A DNA stretch of 64,000 bases from Candidatus Latescibacterota bacterium. GTDB taxonomy: Bacteria; Latescibacterota; UBA2968; UBA8231. The DNA lies in contig CBDCDC010000002.1 of NCBI GenBank assembly GCA_965215195.1, positions 3,360,001 through 3,424,000 of the forward strand. Direction: 5' to 3'. Below, piece after piece: positions 20,723-31,254 of the stretch. How positions within the stretch are numbered: position 1 is the first letter of the stretch; each line of letters begins with the position of its first letter. Both the position numbers and the translations under genes were made by a program. The notes below the pieces were generated by a model. The model did no database searches. It was given only the letters and a program-made list of their open reading frames with translations, and was not told where the DNA came from.

Positions 20723-22717
20723 TCAACTCACTTGCTGCTCCTTGATCCGGGTGATTTCATCGCGCAAATGCGCGGCCTTTTCAAACTCCAAGTTGGTCGC
20801 CGCGGCCTTCATCTGCTGCTCCAAGTCGGCGAGCAGCTCCTCTTGGTCTTCTATCTCTTGGTAGTTGACCGTCGGCTCGGCTACCAATTCGGGCGCAACG
20901 CCGCGCACACTTTCGAGCACTGAGGTCGCCTGAATGATCTCTTCCCGACTGCGGTATATGGTCTCCGGCACGATGGCGTGTTCGGCGTTGTACGCCTCCT
21001 GCTTGTGGCGGCGGCGATAGGTCTCGTCTATGGCCTTCTGCATCGAATTGGTGACGCGATCGGCGTAGAAGATGACCTTGCCGGCCGCGTTGCGGGCCGC
21101 GCGACCAATGGTTTGGATCAGGGCGATCTCCGAGCGCAGAAAGCCCTCCTTGCTGGCGTCGAGCACGGCCACCAGCGAGACCTCGGGCAAATCCAAGCCT
21201 TCGCGCAGCAGGTTGATCCCCACCAGCACGTCAAACTCCCCTAAGCGCAAGTCGCGGAGGATCTCGACGCGGTCCAACGTCTCGATATCCGAATGCAGGT
21301 AGCGCACTCGGATGTCGAGCTGTTCAAAGTAGTCGGCGAGATTTTCGGCCATGCGCTTGGTCATGGTTGTGACCAAGATCCGCTCGCTCCTTTCGGCCCG
21401 CTGCCGTATCTCCTCGACGAGGTCGTCGATCTGCCCCTCTTGGGGCTTCACCTCAATGGAGGGATCGACCAACCCCGTGGGCCGGATCACCTGCTCAACC
21501 ACCACCCCGCCCGACTGCTTGAGTTCGTACTCGGCTGGCGTGGCCGACACGAAGACCGTCCATCCCATCCGCTCCTCAAATTCTCCGAATACCAGCGGTC
21601 GATTGTCGTAGGCCGACGGCAGGCGGAAGCCGTGCTCAACCAAGGTCTCCTTGCGCGAGCGGTCGCCGCGAAACATGCCGCGGATCTGCGGCACAGTAAC
21701 GTGCGACTCGTCGATAAAAAGCAGGTAATCCTCCGGGAAGTAATCGAGCAACACATACGGAGCGGATCCCGGCTGGCGGCCATCCATATAGCGCGAGTAG
21801 TTCTCGATCCCCGGACAGAAGCCGACCTCGCGGATGAGTTCCACGTCGTATTTGGTGCGCGTCTCGAGGCGATGCGCCTCCACTAGCTTGTTTTCGGTGC
21901 GCAGGTCGAGGAGGTGATGCTCCAGCTCAACGAGAATTTGCTCGCAGGCTTGCTCCGTCCGCTCCTCGTCGGTCACGTAGGCTTTGGCCGGGAAGAGGCT
22001 GACGTGTTCGCGCGGCTCCAACATGTGGCCGGTGAGTGCGTCGATCAGGTAAATGCCCTCGATCTCGTCGCCAAACATCTCGATGCGCACGGCGCGCTCT
22101 TCCGACCCAGGCACGATCTCGACGATATCGCCCCGCACCCGAAAGCAGCCGCGTTGCAGCTCGAAATCATTGCGGCTGTAATAGATGTCTATCAAGGCGC
22201 GCAAAATATCGTCGCGCTCGATCTGCTCGCCCCGCCGCAGGGAGACCTTTTGCTCGTCGTATTCGCGGGGCGAGCCAATGCCGTAAATGCACGAGACTGT
22301 GGCGACGACGATCACATCGCGGCGCTGCAACAGCGAGGTGATGGCCTTGAGCCGCAAGCGGTCTATCTCCTCATTGCGCTCGACCTCCTTCTCGATGTAC
22401 GTGTCCGTACTCGGCTTGTAGGCTTCGGGCTGATAGTAGTCGTAGTAGCTGACGAAATACTCGACCGCATTGTCGGGGAAATATCCCTTGAGTTCGCCGT
22501 AGAGCTGGGCGGCCAGCGTCTTGTTGTGCGAGATGACCAAAGCCGGCATCTGCAATTCCTCGATGACGTTGGCCATGGTGAAGGTTTTGCCGCTGCCCGT
22601 CACGCCCAAAAGCGTCTGGTGGGCGTGCTGCTGCCGCACGCCCTCGACCAGCTCGGCGATGGCTTGGGGTTGGTCGCCCGCAGGCGCGTATTCGGAAATT
22701 AGCTTGAACTGCTCCAT
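20723..22717 (-). CDS. uvrB: excinuclease ABC subunit B
   Basis: [29 protein letters not shown]-terminal UVR domain. Confidence 0.98.
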   Translation of the reverse strand: MEQFKLISEYAPAGDQPQAIAELVEGVRQQHAHQTLLGVTGSGKTFTMANVIEELQMPALVISHNKTLAAQLYGELKGYFPDNAVEYFVSYYDYYQPEAYKPSTDTYIEKEVERNEEIDRLRLKAITSLLQRRDVIVVATVSCIYGIGSPREYDEQKVSLRRGEQIERDDILRALIDIYYSRNDFELQRGCFRVRGDIVEIVPGSEERAVRIEMFGDEIEGIYLIDALTGHMLEPREHVSLFPAKAYVTDEERTEQACEQILVELEHHLLDLRTENKLVEAHRLETRTKYDVELIREVGFCPGIENYSRYMDGRQPGSAPYVLLDYFPEDYLLFIDESHVTVPQIRGMFRGDRSRKETLVEHGFRLPSAYDNRPLVFGEFEERMGWTVFVSATPAEYELKQSGGVVVEQVIRPTGLVDPSIEVKPQEGQIDDLVEEIRQRAERSERILVTTMTKRMAENLADYFEQLDIRVRYLHSDIETLDRVEILRDLRLGEFDVLVGINLLREGLDLPEVSLVAVLDASKEGFLRSEIALIQTIGRAARNAAGKVIFYADRVTNSMQKAIDETYRRRHKQEAYNAEHAIVPETIYRSREEIIQATSVLESVRGVAPELVAEPTVNYQEIEDQEELLADLEQQMKAAATNLEFEKAAHLRDEITRIKEQQVS

Positions 22718-22900
22718 GAACCCTCCTTGCTAGGCGGCCAATCTAGCCGAGTGGCAGCACCCTGTCAATGCGCCTCCGGCTTCTGCTGACAAGATAACAC
22801 ACTTTTGCTGCCATCATATCACTATTAGCTGATTTGCAAATTGCTCATTTATTGCCGTATTTTATTATAAAACAAGATGTTATTTCCATTTGGCAAATCG

Positions 22901-22916
22901 CGGCACCTATATTGCT
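22901..22916 (+). promoter_or_regulatory. putative sigma54 -24/-12 promoter
   Basis: CGGCACCTATATTGCT, GG-N10-GC spacing, preceded by an AT-rich tract. Confidence 0.55.
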
Positions 22917-22930
22917 TATGTATCTTGCTT

Positions 22931-22985
22931 ATGAAAAGGGCAATAGCGTTTCACGTCGCGGATCTGAACAGCAGGATTCCCTGAC
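22931..22985 (+). pseudogene. degenerate hicB 3' fragment
   Basis: MKRAIAFHVADL resembles MKEAIAFHVEGL of the hicB at 23481, with DNA similarity. Confidence 0.5.
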
Positions 22986-23024
22986 CCACGCGATATGAAG
23001 GGATAGAGATAAAAGAAACTTACT

Positions 23025-23282
23025 ATGAAAGTGCATGAATTCACGGTCATTTTAACAGCCGATCCCAACGAAGAAGAATCGGATCGGCTCTACAGCATCT
23101 TCAATGACGGTACGCTTGTCACGATGGCTGGTATGCCGCGGATCCACTTTCACCGGGAAGCACTGTCGTTGGAGGACGCCATCGGTTCGGCGCTGGCACA
23201 CGTCAGAAAAGCAGGCTTTGATGCGGTCCGAGTGGAAATCGAACCGCTAAACGTTACCGCGAAATCAAGCGCGATCACGTAG
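23025..23282 (+). CDS. small hypothetical protein, possibly a HicB-fold antitoxin
   Basis: HEFTVIL...FHREALSLEDAIGSALAHV pattern; TA context. Confidence 0.55.
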   Translation: MKVHEFTVILTADPNEEESDRLYSIFNDGTLVTMAGMPRIHFHREALSLEDAIGSALAHVRKAGFDAVRVEIEPLNVTAKSSAIT

Positions 23283-23295
23283 TGATTCTTGATTT

Positions 23296-23484
23296 ATGAA
23301 GGTCCGAGAGGTGGTGCGAATGCTCGAAAGGGACGGCTGGCACCAAGTCAGAATGCGTGGAAGTCATCGGCAATTCAAACACTCTGCCAAGTGAGAGCTG
23401 GTGACGGTGCCCGGACATTTAGGCGACGATCTGGCTATTGGCACTCTTAACAGCATATTGAAGAAAGCAGGGCTAAAAGAATGA
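23296..23484 (+). pseudogene. hicA: HicA toxin with in-frame TGA (23392-23394)
   Basis: MKVREVVRMLERDGW...RGSHRQFKHSAK*ELVTVPGH...GTLNSILKKAGL; overlaps hicB start. Confidence 0.9.
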
Positions 23485-23693
23485 AGTACCTAATCGTCGT
23501 GGAAAAGACCGAGACGGGATTCTCGGCGTACTCGCCGGATCTCTTAGGTTGCGTGGCTACAGGTGCCACCGAAGAAGAAACCGAAGCGAATATGAAGGAA
23601 GCGATCGCGTTTCACGTCGAGGGCCTGAAGCAGGAGGGATTCCCTGTGCCGCAGCCCTCGGCGAAGTCCGCTTACGTTGAAGTCGCAGCATAA
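23481..23693 (+). CDS. hicB: HicB antitoxin
   Basis: FSAYSPDLLGCVATGAT.EE...NMKEAIAFH. Confidence 0.9.
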   Translation: MKYLIVVEKTETGFSAYSPDLLGCVATGATEEETEANMKEAIAFHVEGLKQEGFPVPQPSAKSAYVEVAA

Positions 23694-23886
23694 GGTCGGC
23701 TAGCAGCAAATTCTCTAACCAACAATCCAATCCTCTAAAGGAATACATCATGAGCCCCCTACTCAAATACAAAGAAGAACTGAAAGAATTCTTAGAATAC
23801 TGTGAGTTAGCTGTCGAGAAGACGGGAAACACCCTCATCAAGCGCGATCACGTAGTAATAACCCCAACCTAAGAAAGGACAACACA

Positions 23887-25806
23887 ATGGCTAAAGTCAT
23901 CGGCATCGACTTGGGCACCACCAACTCGTGCGTGGCCGTCATCGAGGGCCAAGACCCCGAGGTCATCGCCAACTCCGAAGGGGGCCGCACCACGCCCTCC
24001 ATGGTGGCCTTCACCAAAGACGGCGAGCGCCTCGTCGGCCAGACCGCCAAGCGCCAAGCCGTCACCAACCCGCAGAACACGATCTATTCGATCAAGCGCT
24101 TCATGGGCCGCCGCTACGGCGAAGTCGCCAACGAAATCAGCGAAGTCCCCTACGAAGTGGCCCCCGGTGGCCGCGACATGGCCGTGGCCGAAATCGACGG
24201 CGAGGAATACACGCCGCCGGAAATCTCGGCCATGATCTTGCAAAAGATGAAGCAGACAGCCGAAGACTATCTAGGCGAGGAAGTGCAACAAGCCGTCGTC
24301 ACCGTCCCGGCGTACTTCAACGATGCCCAACGCCAAGCCACCAAGGATGCGGGCACCATCGCCGGCTTGGAGGTCTTGCGCATCGTCAACGAGCCGACCG
24401 CCGCGGCCCTCGCCTACGGCTTGGACAAGGGCGGCACCAACGAGCAGATCGCCGTGTACGACCTCGGCGGCGGCACCTTCGACATTTCGATTTTAGAATT
24501 GGGCGACGGAGTCTTCGAGGTCAAATCCACCAACGGCGATACGCATCTGGGGGGCGACGATTTCGACCAGGAGATCATCAACTGGCTCGCCGAGGAATTC
24601 CAGCGCAACGAAGGCATCGACCTGCGCCGCGACCCCATGGCCCTGCAACGGCTCAAAGAGGCGGCCGAAAAGGCCAAGATCGAGCTGTCTTCCTCCACTT
24701 CGACCGAAATCAACCTGCCCTTTATCACCGCCGATCAGACCGGGCCCAAGCACTTGCAAACCACCTTGTCCCGCGCCCAGTTCGAGCGCTTGGTCGACGA
24801 CCTAATTGAGCGCACCAAGGCCCCCTGTCAGCAGGCTCTCGCAGACGCCGAGTTGCAAGCCAGCGACATCGACCAAGTGATTTTGGTCGGCGGCTCAACG
24901 CGCATCCCCAAAATCCAAGAGACCATCCAAGCCCTCTTCAACCAAGAGCCGAATCGCGGCGTCAATCCCGACGAGGTGGTGGCCTTGGGTGCGGCCATCC
25001 AAGCCGGCGTGCTCGCCGGCGACGTCGACGACGTGCTGCTCCTCGACGTCACCCCGCTCTCGCTGGGGATCGAAACCATGGGCGGGGTGATGACGCGGCT
25101 GATCGACCGCAACACCACCATCCCCACCAAGAAGAGCCAGATCTTTTCCACGGCCTCGGACAACCAGCCCTCGGTTGAGGTCCACGTGCTGCAAGGCGAG
25201 CGCGAGTTTGCCAACGACAACCGCACCCTCGGCCGCTTCCACCTCGACGGCATCCCCGTAGCCCCGCGCGGCATGCCCCAGATCGAGGTGACCTTCGACA
25301 TCGACGCCAACGGCATCCTCAATGTCGCGGCCAAGGACAAGGGCACCAACAAAGAGCAATCCATCCACATTGAGTCGTCCTCGGGCCTGAGTCAAGACGA
25401 GATCGACAAGATGCAGCAGGACGCCGAGTCCCATGCCGACGAGGACAAAAAGCGTCGCGAGTCCGTAGATCGCCGCAACGAGGCCGACCAGCTCATTTAC
25501 GCGGCGGAAAAATCGCTCGCCGAACACGGCGACAAGCTAGCTGACGCCGACAAGAAAGGCGTTGAGGACGCGGTCGTCGCGCTCAAGGAAGCACTCGAAG
25601 GCACGGACGACGAGGCCATCAAGCAGGCCATGGCCGCGCTGCAACAAGCGTCGCACAAGCTAGCCGAGGAAATGTACAAGGACGCCCAAGCCCAGCAGGC
25701 GCAGGGCGGGCCAGCGCCCGAAGGCGACGCCGGTCAGCCGCAAGGAAGCAGCGACACGGGTCCAGTCGATGCCGACTTCAAGGTCGTTGACGACGACAAG
25801 AAGTAG
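23887..25806 (+). CDS. dnaK: Hsp70 chaperone DnaK
   Basis: [33 protein letters not shown]. Confidence 0.99.
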   Translation: MAKVIGIDLGTTNSCVAVIEGQDPEVIANSEGGRTTPSMVAFTKDGERLVGQTAKRQAVTNPQNTIYSIKRFMGRRYGEVANEISEVPYEVAPGGRDMAVAEIDGEEYTPPEISAMILQKMKQTAEDYLGEEVQQAVVTVPAYFNDAQRQATKDAGTIAGLEVLRIVNEPTAAALAYGLDKGGTNEQIAVYDLGGGTFDISILELGDGVFEVKSTNGDTHLGGDDFDQEIINWLAEEFQRNEGIDLRRDPMALQRLKEAAEKAKIELSSSTSTEINLPFITADQTGPKHLQTTLSRAQFERLVDDLIERTKAPCQQALADAELQASDIDQVILVGGSTRIPKIQETIQALFNQEPNRGVNPDEVVALGAAIQAGVLAGDVDDVLLLDVTPLSLGIETMGGVMTRLIDRNTTIPTKKSQIFSTASDNQPSVEVHVLQGEREFANDNRTLGRFHLDGIPVAPRGMPQIEVTFDIDANGILNVAAKDKGTNKEQSIHIESSSGLSQDEIDKMQQDAESHADEDKKRRESVDRRNEADQLIYAAEKSLAEHGDKLADADKKGVEDAVVALKEALEGTDDEAIKQAMAALQQASHKLAEEMYKDAQAQQAQGGPAPEGDAGQPQGSSDTGPVDADFKVVDDDKK

Positions 25807-25851
25807 GGGACGTTAAATACGCGACGCCATCGTAGGGGCACCCCCTTGTGG

Positions 25852-25883
25852 CATTTGTTCCAACTATTGGTCTAGAACAGATG
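25852..25883. mobile_element. 32-bp mini-element inserted in a GTAG-type REP
   Basis: TIR CATTTGTTC/GAACAGATG with 9-bp duplication CCCTTGTGG on both sides. Confidence 0.7.
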
Positions 25884-25916
25884 CCCTTGTGGGTGCCCTT
25901 ATTGTATCAGGGGTGG

Positions 25917-26399
25917 TCAGTGCGGCCTGAATTTGAACAGAACGTAGATTGCAAACGCACGCCGGTCCCTAGTGGCTGCATTCTCGAACTGGGTTATCGC
26001 TCTCTCGGTTTCGTCAATGAGTTGCAGGACGTCGGAGCGGGAAAAGTTTGCTTCGGGGTCATAGTCGGCAGCGTGGCGTTGACGCTGCATAACGGCGAAT
26101 GATTCCCCAAATTTTCGGATTTCCGCCGGAAATCTGCTCATCATAGGCCGGTCGCATTGATTTTTGGCGTGTCCGTGTTCCAAAGCGCGATAGATCTGAC
26201 GCCACGCGGGCTGGCTTCGGGTGGCGCGGGTGGCACCGCCTAGCAGATCGGCACCACAGCGAGCGAGGGTATGGAACAGCGCGTAATAAGCCGTGCTTAC
26301 GGCGCGGCGCAGTTCGGCTTGCCGGGGCCGCCCTCGGTTCCCGCCGACGGCCCCGGACGCTAATTGCTTGGCGATTCTAATCAGGTCGTGCGAATTCAC
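25917..26399 (-). CDS. HEPN-domain protein (putative RNase toxin)
   Basis: RRAVSTAYYALFH and RHAADY motifs; start inferred at GTG 26399. Confidence 0.8.
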   Translation of the reverse strand: MNSHDLIRIAKQLASGAVGGNRGRPRQAELRRAVSTAYYALFHTLARCGADLLGGATRATRSQPAWRQIYRALEHGHAKNQCDRPMMSRFPAEIRKFGESFAVMQRQRHAADYDPEANFSRSDVLQLIDETERAITQFENAATRDRRAFAIYVLFKFRPH

Positions 26400-26709
26400 T
26401 GTACTTGCTCCCGTAGATTTCCTCCCATTCCGATTTTTCCACAAACGATTTGGAGGGAAGATGGGGCAATTCCTCTCTCGTCACGTTTTGAAGTATGAGA
26501 TCAACGAGACCCAACGTCCAATCGGGGTCCAGTCGTTTCTGGTCGCCATCGAATACGATGTAAATGTGCAGATATTCGTCGCCATCGTGATCGACTTTGG
26601 GTACTACGACAATTGGATCAAATACGAATTCTTCTTTGAATCGGTCAGCCAGCGCTTTTCTGACGATATTGGCGACTTTTTGACTAACGGCTTCTGTGGT
26701 CATGCTCAT
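26377..26709 (-). CDS. putative MNT-like partner/antitoxin of the HEPN protein
   Basis: Overlaps the HEPN gene, acidic DHDGDEYLHIYIVFD strand, SD AGGAG. Confidence 0.6.
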   Translation of the reverse strand: MSMTTEAVSQKVANIVRKALADRFKEEFVFDPIVVVPKVDHDGDEYLHIYIVFDGDQKRLDPDWTLGLVDLILQNVTREELPHLPSKSFVEKSEWEEIYGSKYSEFARPD

Positions 26710-26760
26710 GTTCTCCTTTTTAGGGAGGGTAGGTGCTGGTCTGAGCTAGATCGAGAAATG

Positions 26761-26812
26761 CGAAACCCCTTCATCACCTCGTCCCCCAAGTGGTTGATGA
26801 CCTTCACGGCGA
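26761..26812 (-). repeat. duplicate of the mod 3' end
   Basis: 50/52 identity to 27256-27307. Confidence 0.9.
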
Positions 26813-26825
26813 AATCCTTTTGTGG

Positions 26826-26975
26826 CTACCGTCGCTCAAAGCGAAGTCTGACTCGCAAATTTATTCGTTCCGGTGTGAGAATTTCTTCAACGTAGCGCTC
26901 AACATAGACATTTCGACAGTGAAGAATGGCCTGCTCTACCTTCTCCAAATAGGCGACCAGTACCTCATGCAACAT
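26826..26975 (-). pseudogene. truncated TumE/DUF6516-like toxin
   Basis: MLHEVLVAYLEKVEQAI...VERYVEEILTPERINLRVRLRFERR*; overlaps the antitoxin; C-terminal half missing. Confidence 0.65.
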
Positions 26976-27195
26976 CGGGTAGACTCTCCGCTAGTTTTCG
27001 ACGGAGTTGCAAATAGTGGCGGTAGTCATTGGCCCAATCAACGAATACTGCGTCGTCGGCTAGTTGGCCCCGGCTGTACTGGTCAAAGAATTCTTCTGAA
27101 TCCATCTGTTGCTGGTTTTCGTAGGTACTCAACCGCTTGGTCACTGCAATGAGCGCGTCGATAGGCGAAGTGTATTGGATGGTTTGTTTTTTCAT
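26965..27195 (-). CDS. TumA-like antitoxin
   Basis: YENQQQMDSEEFF..Y..G.L.DD..FVDWA pattern. Confidence 0.7.
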   Translation of the reverse strand: MKKQTIQYTSPIDALIAVTKRLSTYENQQQMDSEEFFDQYSRGQLADDAVFVDWANDYRHYLQLRRKLAESLPDVA

Positions 27196-27248
27196 GGGAA
27201 CCTCTTCTCGCTAGTCAATGAGTAATGGTGATCGTCGTTATCCGACCC

Positions 27249-29990
27249 TCACACCCGAAACACCTTCATCACCTCGTCCCCCAAGTGGTTGATCACCTTC
27301 ACGGCGATGCGGCCCGACGTCGGCTTGTCGAAAGGCCGCGAGATGTCGCTGTGCAGCGTTTCCCACGCTCCTTGGTTGATCTCGGCTTTGAGCGTCGTCC
27401 TTAGCGCCTTGTACGGGTCGTTGGCGCCGAGGAAATAGGCGTGGCGCACAAAAAAGCTCTCCTCGTTGTAGTCGGTATCGACGAACCAGCAGGCAATGCC
27501 GTCGGCGTTGTCGCTGCGGATTTGGCCGGTGTTGGGGTGGAACACGTCGACGCCGTTGACCTTGACTTGGATTTGACCGTCGTCCATGTCGAGGATGTCG
27601 ATGTCCGGTTCGCCGAAGATGACGAACAGGTTGCCTTTGCCGGTATTTTTGAGGTCGTCGGCCATGTGCAAGTCGGCGTTCATGCGGGCCTTGAGGACTG
27701 GGACGCGGCCTAACTTGTTGAACTCTGCGGCGTGGGCGTCGTAGTTGAAGGCGCAGGCGACCAACACGTCGAAGTCGGCGTCCGCGGCCTCGCGCACCGC
27801 TGATACGAGATCGGGGCGGGAGACGGTGCCGAATTCCGGGCCGACGAAGATGCCGGCGCGTTTCTCAGCGCCCGAGTCGCTGGTGCCTTCGACGTAGGTT
27901 CCTTCGGCGCAGACGAGGTCGCCGGGCCAAGGTCTGATCCCGGAGAAGGCGATGTGGTCTTCTTTGTGTGCCTGTTGGACGCCGGAGGTTTTGAGATTGT
28001 CGAGGATCATCTCGGCGAAGTCCTGCTTTTCGCCGTATCCTAACTTGGCTTCGGCGACGTTGTCGATGAGTTCGTCGTTTTCATCAACGCCTAACAGGCG
28101 GTGCGGCGACAGGCTTTCTACGGTAAATGGGCCGGCGACGCGGACTTTCTTGTTGTCTTGGTAGGGCTTGTCGTAGAGGTATTCGTAGTCGGCCTTGGCC
28201 GCGATGGAGGCGTCAATTTCCTTCTGCCGGGCGATGCGCTGTTTCCACCAGCCTGCGTGTATTCTTTTGACTTCCTCGGGCCAAGCGGCGTCGGCGTCGC
28301 GGGGGATTTCCCATTCTTCGTAGGATGTGCCGAGCGCGTCGTTCAACTCCACCCGCAGCGGCTCCAGCGTTTCTTGGAATTTCTCCCAGATTACGTCGAT
28401 CTCGGCGTTGTTGGCGATGGACTTGAGGGTGATGTGGGGGACGCGCTCGTACACGAAGCCTTGGCGGATGTCGCCGTAGGTCGGCGTTTCGGAGGGTGCT
28501 TTGCGGGCAAGTGCGGCTTCTTTGATTTGCCCGTCGCGGCTGTCGGCGAGTAGGTAGTAGGGATAGCGAGCGGCCATGACGCGGGCGCGGGCCAACGCGA
28601 GGGCGACGCGGGAAGTGTCGATGGTGATCCAGCGGCGACCCCACTGCTCGGCGACATAGGCGGTGGTGCCGGAGCCGCAGGTGGGGTCGAGGACGAGGTC
28701 GCCGGGGTCGGTGGTCATGAGGATGCAGCGTTGGATAACCTTATTAGTTGTTTGTACAACGTATATCTTCGGGTCACTTCTACTTTGTATTCCTCCCACA
28801 TCTGTCCAAACATTATTTCTTGGAATTACAGGAAAGTCGTCTATATACCTCTTGAAGCGAAGGGTATTTCCTTCAACTATTACCCTTCCAGCAGCAACAA
28901 TCCGCTCCATTCCTTGCTGGGTGGTTTTCCAAAAAAGTCGACCAGGTGCAAATGACCGTCCAAGGTACTGAAATGTAAAACTAATACTCTCACTGCCGCT
29001 TTGAGATCTTAAGTCTGTTGTCGCATATAATCTGTCATTACCATCTTCACTATGAGTATATCTACTGGCACCTGCGGTACCAGCTACCTTCTCAAAGAAA
29101 GATTGCCGGTATTTCACAACCCCGAGTTTCTTGGAATACCAGAGGACATAATCGTTGATACCGTTAAGTAATGCTTGCCCAAGACCTGTGGTCTTTGTAA
29201 AAATTATTTCTCGTACAAAATTCTCCTCCCCAAACACCTCGTCCATCAATGCCCTTACCCGATGCACATTCTCGTCCCCAATCTGCACAAATACGCTGCC
29301 ACTCTCCGTCAACAAATCCCGCGCCACCGTCAGCCGATCCCGCAAATACGTCAAATACGAATGGATCCCATCCCGCCATGTATCCCGAAACGCCTTCACC
29401 TGCTCCGGCTCTCGCGTGATGTGCTCGGCCTTGCCGTCCTTGACGTCGCGGCTGATGGTTGACCACTGGAAGTTGGAGTTGAACTTGATGCCGTAGGGCG
29501 GGTCGATGTAGATGCACTGCACCTTGCCACGCAGGCCCTCCCGCTCGGCCAGCGACGCCATCACCTGCAAGCTGTCGCCTAAGATCATCCGGTTCGACCA
29601 GTTAGCGTCGTGCTGGTAAAACTCCGTCTGCGCGTCCGCGCTCGGCAGCCCGTTGAAATCCGCGAACAAATCCGTCTGCACGCTCGATTCGCCGTCCCCG
29701 GTCTCCTTGCTCCGCTGCCGCAAATCATCGATCAGCACCTTCGGATGCACCTTCTCCTGAATGAACAGCGGCGGCGCTTGCACCACCAAGTCCGACCAGT
29801 TCTGCTCGTCCTTCCCTCGCCAAACGAGCTGCGGATCGAGGTCGCGGTTGCGCCGCTCGTACGCGATGCGGATGGGATTCCGGTCGTCGTCGGCCATGAC
29901 CGCCTGATACTCGGCCGTGGGGATGTTCTTCCGCGACGCATCCTGGTGCCGCAGGGTTTCGACGGTCTTGGTCGATTTTCGTTTCGCCAT
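27249..29990 (-). CDS. mod: type III R-M adenine methyltransferase (Mod)
   Basis: IYIDPPYG, LDPTCGSGTT; AT-rich target-recognition segment at ~28730-29230. Confidence 0.92.
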   Translation of the reverse strand: MAKRKSTKTVETLRHQDASRKNIPTAEYQAVMADDDRNPIRIAYERRNRDLDPQLVWRGKDEQNWSDLVVQAPPLFIQEKVHPKVLIDDLRQRSKETGDGESSVQTDLFADFNGLPSADAQTEFYQHDANWSNRMILGDSLQVMASLAEREGLRGKVQCIYIDPPYGIKFNSNFQWSTISRDVKDGKAEHITREPEQVKAFRDTWRDGIHSYLTYLRDRLTVARDLLTESGSVFVQIGDENVHRVRALMDEVFGEENFVREIIFTKTTGLGQALLNGINDYVLWYSKKLGVVKYRQSFFEKVAGTAGASRYTHSEDGNDRLYATTDLRSQSGSESISFTFQYLGRSFAPGRLFWKTTQQGMERIVAAGRVIVEGNTLRFKRYIDDFPVIPRNNVWTDVGGIQSRSDPKIYVVQTTNKVIQRCILMTTDPGDLVLDPTCGSGTTAYVAEQWGRRWITIDTSRVALALARARVMAARYPYYLLADSRDGQIKEAALARKAPSETPTYGDIRQGFVYERVPHITLKSIANNAEIDVIWEKFQETLEPLRVELNDALGTSYEEWEIPRDADAAWPEEVKRIHAGWWKQRIARQKEIDASIAAKADYEYLYDKPYQDNKKVRVAGPFTVESLSPHRLLGVDENDELIDNVAEAKLGYGEKQDFAEMILDNLKTSGVQQAHKEDHIAFSGIRPWPGDLVCAEGTYVEGTSDSGAEKRAGIFVGPEFGTVSRPDLVSAVREAADADFDVLVACAFNYDAHAAEFNKLGRVPVLKARMNADLHMADDLKNTGKGNLFVIFGEPDIDILDMDDGQIQVKVNGVDVFHPNTGQIRSDNADGIACWFVDTDYNEESFFVRHAYFLGANDPYKALRTTLKAEINQGAWETLHSDISRPFDKPTSGRIAVKVINHLGDEVMKVFRV

Positions 29991-30032
29991 CTATACGGAG
30001 TCCTCGTTTGTCGTATTCAACGGATTTTTTCG

Positions 30033-31226
30033 CTAAAGTCGATCATGTTCCTCTTGATTCTGTCCAATCGGTATTTCCATCTTTTTCGGCATGTTCTCAA
30101 AGGCTTCTCCCTTAAGACCGGTGAGATTGTACGCCTCGCGATAGGGCAAACGACCCTCTCCAACCGCACGAATTATGGCAGAGGCAAAGCGAGGACCAAT
30201 GCGCCATTTCTGACTATTCCAGAAGTGGCCTCCACTTCCCTGACGCTGCTGACCGCGACGCCACCTATCGACTCTTGGGTTGTAAAAAAGGAGAAACGCA
30301 TCCCTGTCGATCAAATCGAGATCGAGAGCCCGACGCGCGGCCACGAGGGAACTCACTTTGAACTTGCGGGCAATAGTCTGATAAGGATCATTTGCTCGTC
30401 GGGCACTAGGCCAGAAAGCCCGTAACTCTTCCTCCGGTATCAGGAATTCGGCAGCGGCCTTGTTGCAGAACTGCTCGGTTTCATCCGATGGCGGTTGTAA
30501 GTATTCTAAATTAGAGATACCGCTCTGGGCTATGAAGAGGTGTGCCAGTTCGTGAGCCAGAGTAAACATCTGCGCCGCCATAAAATCAGCGCTATTCACA
30601 AAGATGAGCGAGGCATACTCATCCACGAGGGCGAAGCCCTGAAATTCATCGGGATCCAACTTTCGATATGCGTTATTGCCCACCACTCCATTGAACGAAA
30701 CCAGCACCCCGGCGGCGTCAACCAAATGTCTCAGATGCCGTAACGCATCGCTCCAAGCATCTAACTGTTCCGCCCAATTTTCGGTAAGCTGCAACGCATC
30801 GCGCATGGCAGCTCCAACTTGCCGAGGATGGACATCCGTGCCGTAGGCCCCGATGAAATCCAGCGGTTCAGCACCACCTTCGATAAGCTCATCGCGCATC
30901 CATGCCTGACGTCGCTGCATAAGGTAAATGGTCTCAAGTAGATCGGAACTCGGAGGCGGCGCATCATCTCGAGTGCGAAAGTCGGGTATTGGCAAGCGTT
31001 CTTCGGGTGGCTCTGTCAAGTATAGAAATCCCAGAGCGGTATGAGTGCGTTGGGCGAGTCTGTCTGCCTGTGCAACACTGATCTTGCCATTGCGTTCCCA
31101 CTCCGACACGCGCTCTGGACTCACTCTCAGCTTGCGCGCCAGTTCTGGGCACTCAAGTCCTGCCCGTTCTCGCGCCCATTTCAGCACTTCAGGTTGTAAT
31201 GTTATCTGCAAACGTCGGCTGGTCAT
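30033..31226 (-). CDS. XRE-HTH + ImmA/IrrE-family zinc metallopeptidase
   Basis: N-terminal HTH (LKWARERAG...VSEWE), FTLAHELAH, EQFCNKAAAEFLIP. Confidence 0.88.
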   Translation of the reverse strand: MTSRRLQITLQPEVLKWARERAGLECPELARKLRVSPERVSEWERNGKISVAQADRLAQRTHTALGFLYLTEPPEERLPIPDFRTRDDAPPPSSDLLETIYLMQRRQAWMRDELIEGGAEPLDFIGAYGTDVHPRQVGAAMRDALQLTENWAEQLDAWSDALRHLRHLVDAAGVLVSFNGVVGNNAYRKLDPDEFQGFALVDEYASLIFVNSADFMAAQMFTLAHELAHLFIAQSGISNLEYLQPPSDETEQFCNKAAAEFLIPEEELRAFWPSARRANDPYQTIARKFKVSSLVAARRALDLDLIDRDAFLLFYNPRVDRWRRGQQRQGSGGHFWNSQKWRIGPRFASAIIRAVGEGRLPYREAYNLTGLKGEAFENMPKKMEIPIGQNQEEHDRL

Positions 31227-31254
31227 GGTTCACGTAACCTCCGAAGCTCGGGGA

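Larger units (their letters stand above)
23264..23856 (+). repeat. 20-bp perfect direct repeats flanking the hicAB cassette
   Basis: ATCAAGCGCGATCACGTAGT at 23264-23283 and 23837-23856. Confidence 0.9.

Noticed and set aside
23392-23394. In-frame TGA in hicA as selenocysteine or recoding
   Set aside because: Not a Cys position, no SECIS-like hairpin evident, and TGA is a normal stop elsewhere in the window.
23750-23872. 40-aa ORF upstream of dnaK (MSPLLKYKEELKEFLEYC...)
   Set aside because: Crosses the direct-repeat junction; probably a gene fragment with no assignable family.
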